Source: a virus
Taxonomy: Duplodnaviria; Heunggongvirae; Uroviricota; Caudoviricetes
Strand: one strand, 5' to 3'
DNA: 64,000 nt
Virus record (IMG/VR): IMGVR_UViG_3300020429_000539
Location: 44,263 to 108,262 of that record
Shown here: in pieces, positions 60,791-64,000 of the stretch
How the letters are laid out: the number at the start of each line of letters is the position of its first letter
How positions within the stretch are numbered: position 1 is the stretch's first letter
Made by a program: the position numbers and the translations under genes
Notes under the pieces: generated by a model
What the model was told of the DNA's origin: nothing
The model's input: only the letters and a program-made list of their open reading frames with translations
Database searches by the model: none

Positions 60791-62704
60791 TCAGAAATCG
60801 AAGTCAGATGCTTCCATGGCCTCGGCCTTGACACGCACGATACGGAACTCGACCCGCATGTTCTCTCCCGCCTGAGCAGGATTGCGAGGCTTGGCGATAA
60901 TGGGCTCGCCAATACCGACGCTCTGAGCGTACAACTGTGATTCGTCGAAAATCAGGTTACGCTCACGCGCCATGTCACGAATGGTATTGATGACGTTTTC
61001 AGCGCGCTGAAGCGCAAGACCGTTGGCTCGTTGCATGCGAAGAACAGGATTGAATTCTTCCGTATTGCCTGTGCGAGGGTGAGGTCCAGTCCATGCGCGG
61101 AAAGAACCACGGTCGATGAGTTCGATGATCTTGTTGGTATCCGTCAGGTCAAGCGGACGGCCACCCATGAAGTATCGAGTGCCTGTTCCCTCGCCTCGCG
61201 TTGTGATCTTGCCGTTGTTGATACCGGCGATGACCATATCGAACAGAGTGCGAGTTGGGTCGCTATGACCACGCACAACGATGGCAGCATTGCCAAAACC
61301 AGCGGCAGTATCAATGACGCGCTGAAACGTGTCTTCATACTGTTCGATGGGAAACTCAGTTTGATCAGGGTCGAAGTAGATGACGAACGTTTCAACAGTC
61401 CGCTGATTCAACTGACCAGTGTTGAGGGCTTCGATATCGTCAGCAACAGCTTCCGCGTTGAACCGTGCGGTTCGCTGCACGTTGGTCTTGTTGAGATAGG
61501 AGAGGAACGCATCGCTTCCGTAGTCGAGCGAGGCGCTACGAAAATCCTGCCAGTTGCTCACGATGCCGCGCGTCTCAACCATTTCTCGCGAACGACTGTT
61601 GTAGGAGCCGATACCGTTCGGGTTGTTCGGCTCGTTCATGAACGCGACCTGACCGTTGTAACCAAGGAAGGTACAGTCGAGCAGAAGGCCGTGAGCATCT
61701 TCTTCGAGCGTGGGAAGGTTGTCAGCGCCATAGATGTCCTGAGCCATCTGCATCAGCGCCATGTAAGGCTTGCTGCCGCGAGACTGGTAATCTTTGCGCA
61801 TGTCGATGATTTCTTCGCATGCACGAAGGTAGCCGCGAGCGAAGTCTTGGCAGAGTTCGTAGTTGTCGTTGAGGAAATCAGAACGAACGAACACGCCATC
61901 AAGAATCGAACGAGAAAACTCGGCTGTCGAGACGACGACGCGAGCGCCACGAATCGTACCCTCAGCGCCGTTGCCCGTATTCTGCAAACCGCTCGTCAGT
62001 CCAATCATTTCGGGCGTAACAACGCAGACCCAATCGGCATCAGGATTTGACCTGAATGCAGCAGCGGGACCGTTGTCGCCCATGATGTCATCGACCCAAG
62101 TGATGTTGATGTCGGACCACTTGCCAGGTCGCATGTTGCCCGAACCAGGAGGGTCTTCAACACGGGCGTTCTGAAGCGTGTCCCAAATCAAACCCTCGTG
62201 CGGCCCACCGCGCTGAAGGATACCCGAAGTTCCGATGATATCGGAAATCGTCTTGATCTTCGGATTGCGTGTAACGATGTGGTCGCCTTGCGAATAGGTC
62301 ATCGCAATAAGAAGGCGAGGCTGAATCCGAGGGTCATCGTTGAGCGAGTCAGAGAAAAGCGACGCCATTCGGTAGGTCATACGAATGAACGGCGTCTTGC
62401 CCGAGCGATAATCCTTGATTGCCTGAATCGGGTCATCGCCAGAGGTGAAGTTGATGTTGAGTCCGAGGTCGTCATAGATAGACCCGCTTTGAGTGGAAAG
62501 GCCACCGTTGGCGTGAAAGAAGCCGTAGTCGCCACCCCAGAAAATGAACTTGGCTTCGAGTGGGTCGGTGCTGCTGACCTCGCCGATGGGACTGTTGCCG
62601 ATGAGTTGGCTGTATGACTGTTGTGCGACAGCTTGAGCGCAGGTCATCGCAAGAGCGACGAACAACGCAAGCTTTCCAAGCGTGCTTCTCATGATTGTCT
62701 CCAA
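60791..62704 (-). CDS. substrate-binding-domain plus OmpA-like fusion
   Basis: Signal peptide; YSQGDH; C-terminal VRGHSD...NGLALQRAENV...NMRVEF. Confidence 0.75.
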   Translation of the reverse strand: METIMRSTLGKLALFVALAMTCAQAVAQQSYSQLIGNSPIGEVSSTDPLEAKFIFWGGDYGFFHANGGLSTQSGSIYDDLGLNINFTSGDDPIQAIKDYRSGKTPFIRMTYRMASLFSDSLNDDPRIQPRLLIAMTYSQGDHIVTRNPKIKTISDIIGTSGILQRGGPHEGLIWDTLQNARVEDPPGSGNMRPGKWSDINITWVDDIMGDNGPAAAFRSNPDADWVCVVTPEMIGLTSGLQNTGNGAEGTIRGARVVVSTAEFSRSILDGVFVRSDFLNDNYELCQDFARGYLRACEEIIDMRKDYQSRGSKPYMALMQMAQDIYGADNLPTLEEDAHGLLLDCTFLGYNGQVAFMNEPNNPNGIGSYNSRSREMVETRGIVSNWQDFRSASLDYGSDAFLSYLNKTNVQRTARFNAEAVADDIEALNTGQLNQRTVETFVIYFDPDQTEFPIEQYEDTFQRVIDTAAGFGNAAIVVRGHSDPTRTLFDMVIAGINNGKITTRGEGTGTRYFMGGRPLDLTDTNKIIELIDRGSFRAWTGPHPRTGNTEEFNPVLRMQRANGLALQRAENVINTIRDMARERNLIFDESQLYAQSVGIGEPIIAKPRNPAQAGENMRVEFRIVRVKAEAMEASDFDF

Positions 62705-62810
62705 GTGTTTTCGGACATACGCGGCCCTTCGTGGACAGTATGGTCTCAGCCCACCATTCTATGTGGGTTGAGCATCCTTATAGTATGCCACGGAGGTTTC
62801 ACCCGCAAGG

Positions 62811-63365
62811 TCAGCGCTTGCGGCCTCGGAGACGCGGTTGGGCAGCCTTAAGAGAGGCTTCGTCTGTTCGGTCGAGGATGGTGATACCGTCGATATGATC
62901 GATTTCATGCTGTGCGCAACGAGCAAGTAGGCCAGAGACCTGTTGCTCATGTTGTTCGCCATGCTCATCTTGCCAAATCAGCTTGCCGCGCAGCGGTCTT
63001 GAAACAGGAACACCAATACCAGGCAGGCTAAGGCATGCTTCTTCTGCCCTCACTGGCTCTGCACCATCTTCGGGCTCGAATGTAGGATTGATGAAGACCG
63101 CTACGTCACCAGGAGGATTCTCGCCTTCGGGATTATCGTAGCAGACAAAAACCCGCTGCATCCACGCGGTTTGCGTTGCAGCGAGTCCTAGTCCGTTGGG
63201 AAACGACTTGAGAACCTCTTTAAGCCGATTGACTCTTGCTCGCAGGTCATCATCGAAATCGACAACTTCTTCTGCTCGCTCTGACAAAGCTTCGTGAGGG
63301 TAAAGAACTACCCGAATGTCAGCTATTTTGGGATGCAATGATTTCTTTGATTTTGTCTTCGACAT
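62811..63365 (-). CDS. def: peptide deformylase
   Basis: GLGLAATQ, EEACLS, QHEIDHIDG. Confidence 0.95.
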   Translation of the reverse strand: MSKTKSKKSLHPKIADIRVVLYPHEALSERAEEVVDFDDDLRARVNRLKEVLKSFPNGLGLAATQTAWMQRVFVCYDNPEGENPPGDVAVFINPTFEPEDGAEPVRAEEACLSLPGIGVPVSRPLRGKLIWQDEHGEQHEQQVSGLLARCAQHEIDHIDGITILDRTDEASLKAAQPRLRGRKR

Positions 63366-64000
63366 CGCCTGTATACTCGCAGAATGAATAATCCGCCGCA
63401 AACTCTACATGAACGTCAAATATATAGCGCACGAATTCTGCACCCGTTACAAACTTGTACCTTGAATCGCCAGAAGCTTTCTTCTCGGCGATGATAGTAT
63501 CAAAATCTTTACCTGTTTCTTGATAAGTCTTCAAGAGATCAGGCGCAACGCCTTCGGTGCCTGTGTCTTGTTCCTTGTGGACTCGAAGCAACTGACCGCC
63601 CTCAACGTCTGTTGTTATTTCGCAGTTGTGGAAGACCATCTTCTCAATAGGGACAAGCCAACTGGGAACATTGAGACCTGCCTTGCCTCGAAGGGCATCT
63701 CCTATATCCTTACGATATTTGTCTTTAGCAAGTTCAACACAAAGGTCTTTTTGAAACTGCTCAATTAGGGCAGCGTCCGCCTCGGTCGCGTCATCGCTTG
63801 CAAAGGTTTCGCTGATAGCGGCCTTAATCTCTCCTATGGGAGAATCATCTTTAATATCAAACTTAAAGGTGGTATTCGGAGAACCAAGACCGCCCTTCAT
63901 TTTACCTTCGGTAATATGGAAATCCATTTCTAAGTTATCAGGTGTGGCTTTTGAGCTAAACGCAGAAACAATTTGCTCTGCGCACTCTTGAATCTTTTGT
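63319..64000 (-). CDS. hypothetical protein, open at the window end
   Basis: The frame stays open from 63927 to the end of the window. Confidence 0.55.
   Translation of the reverse strand, partial: QKIQECAEQIVSAFSSKATPDNLEMDFHITEGKMKGGLGSPNTTFKFDIKDDSPIGEIKAAISETFASDDATEADAALIEQFQKDLCVELAKDKYRKDIGDALRGKAGLNVPSWLVPIEKMVFHNCEITTDVEGGQLLRVHKEQDTGTEGVAPDLLKTYQETGKDFDTIIAEKKASGDSRYKFVTGAEFVRYIFDVHVEFAADYSFCEYTGDVEDKIKEIIASQNS

Noticed and set aside
1-64000. Genome-wide TAG recoding
   Set aside because: Conserved genes are intact under code 11, and several end convincingly at TAG with the next gene or a promoter right after.

Overview
A 64-kb segment of what looks like a very large (jumbo) bacteriophage genome. 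Almost all genes are on the - strand, tightly packed and largely hypothetical, with no rRNA or ribosomal-protein genes. Dockerin-like DxNxDG proteins weakly suggest a Planctomycetota host. The window is dominated by translation and RNA-metabolism cargo: about 45 tRNA or tRNA-like genes, tmRNA, RNase P RNA, MetRS, LysRS, a minimal HisRS, a domain-1-less release factor, peptide deformylase, RNase H and a sigma factor. It also holds glycan-tailoring enzymes, a two-component system, a complete ubiquitin-like conjugation operon (Ubl-E2-JAB-E1) and a PspA/ABC/OmpA/vWA envelope cluster. Most striking observations: (1) homing-endonuclease cassettes that split a structural RNA gene (tRNA-Arg, tRNA-CAU, RNase P RNA; partly tmRNA) and carry a diverged intact replacement of the same RNA; (2) seven Y-RNA-like genes, three of them circularly permuted into tRNA bodies; (3) two RF2-style SD-CGU-CUU +1 frameshift cassettes, one at UGA in the release factor and one at a His codon in HisRS; (4) a leader-peptide attenuator in front of the tRNA array. 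All calls were made by eye without database searches. RNA ends are approximate (about +/-2 nt).
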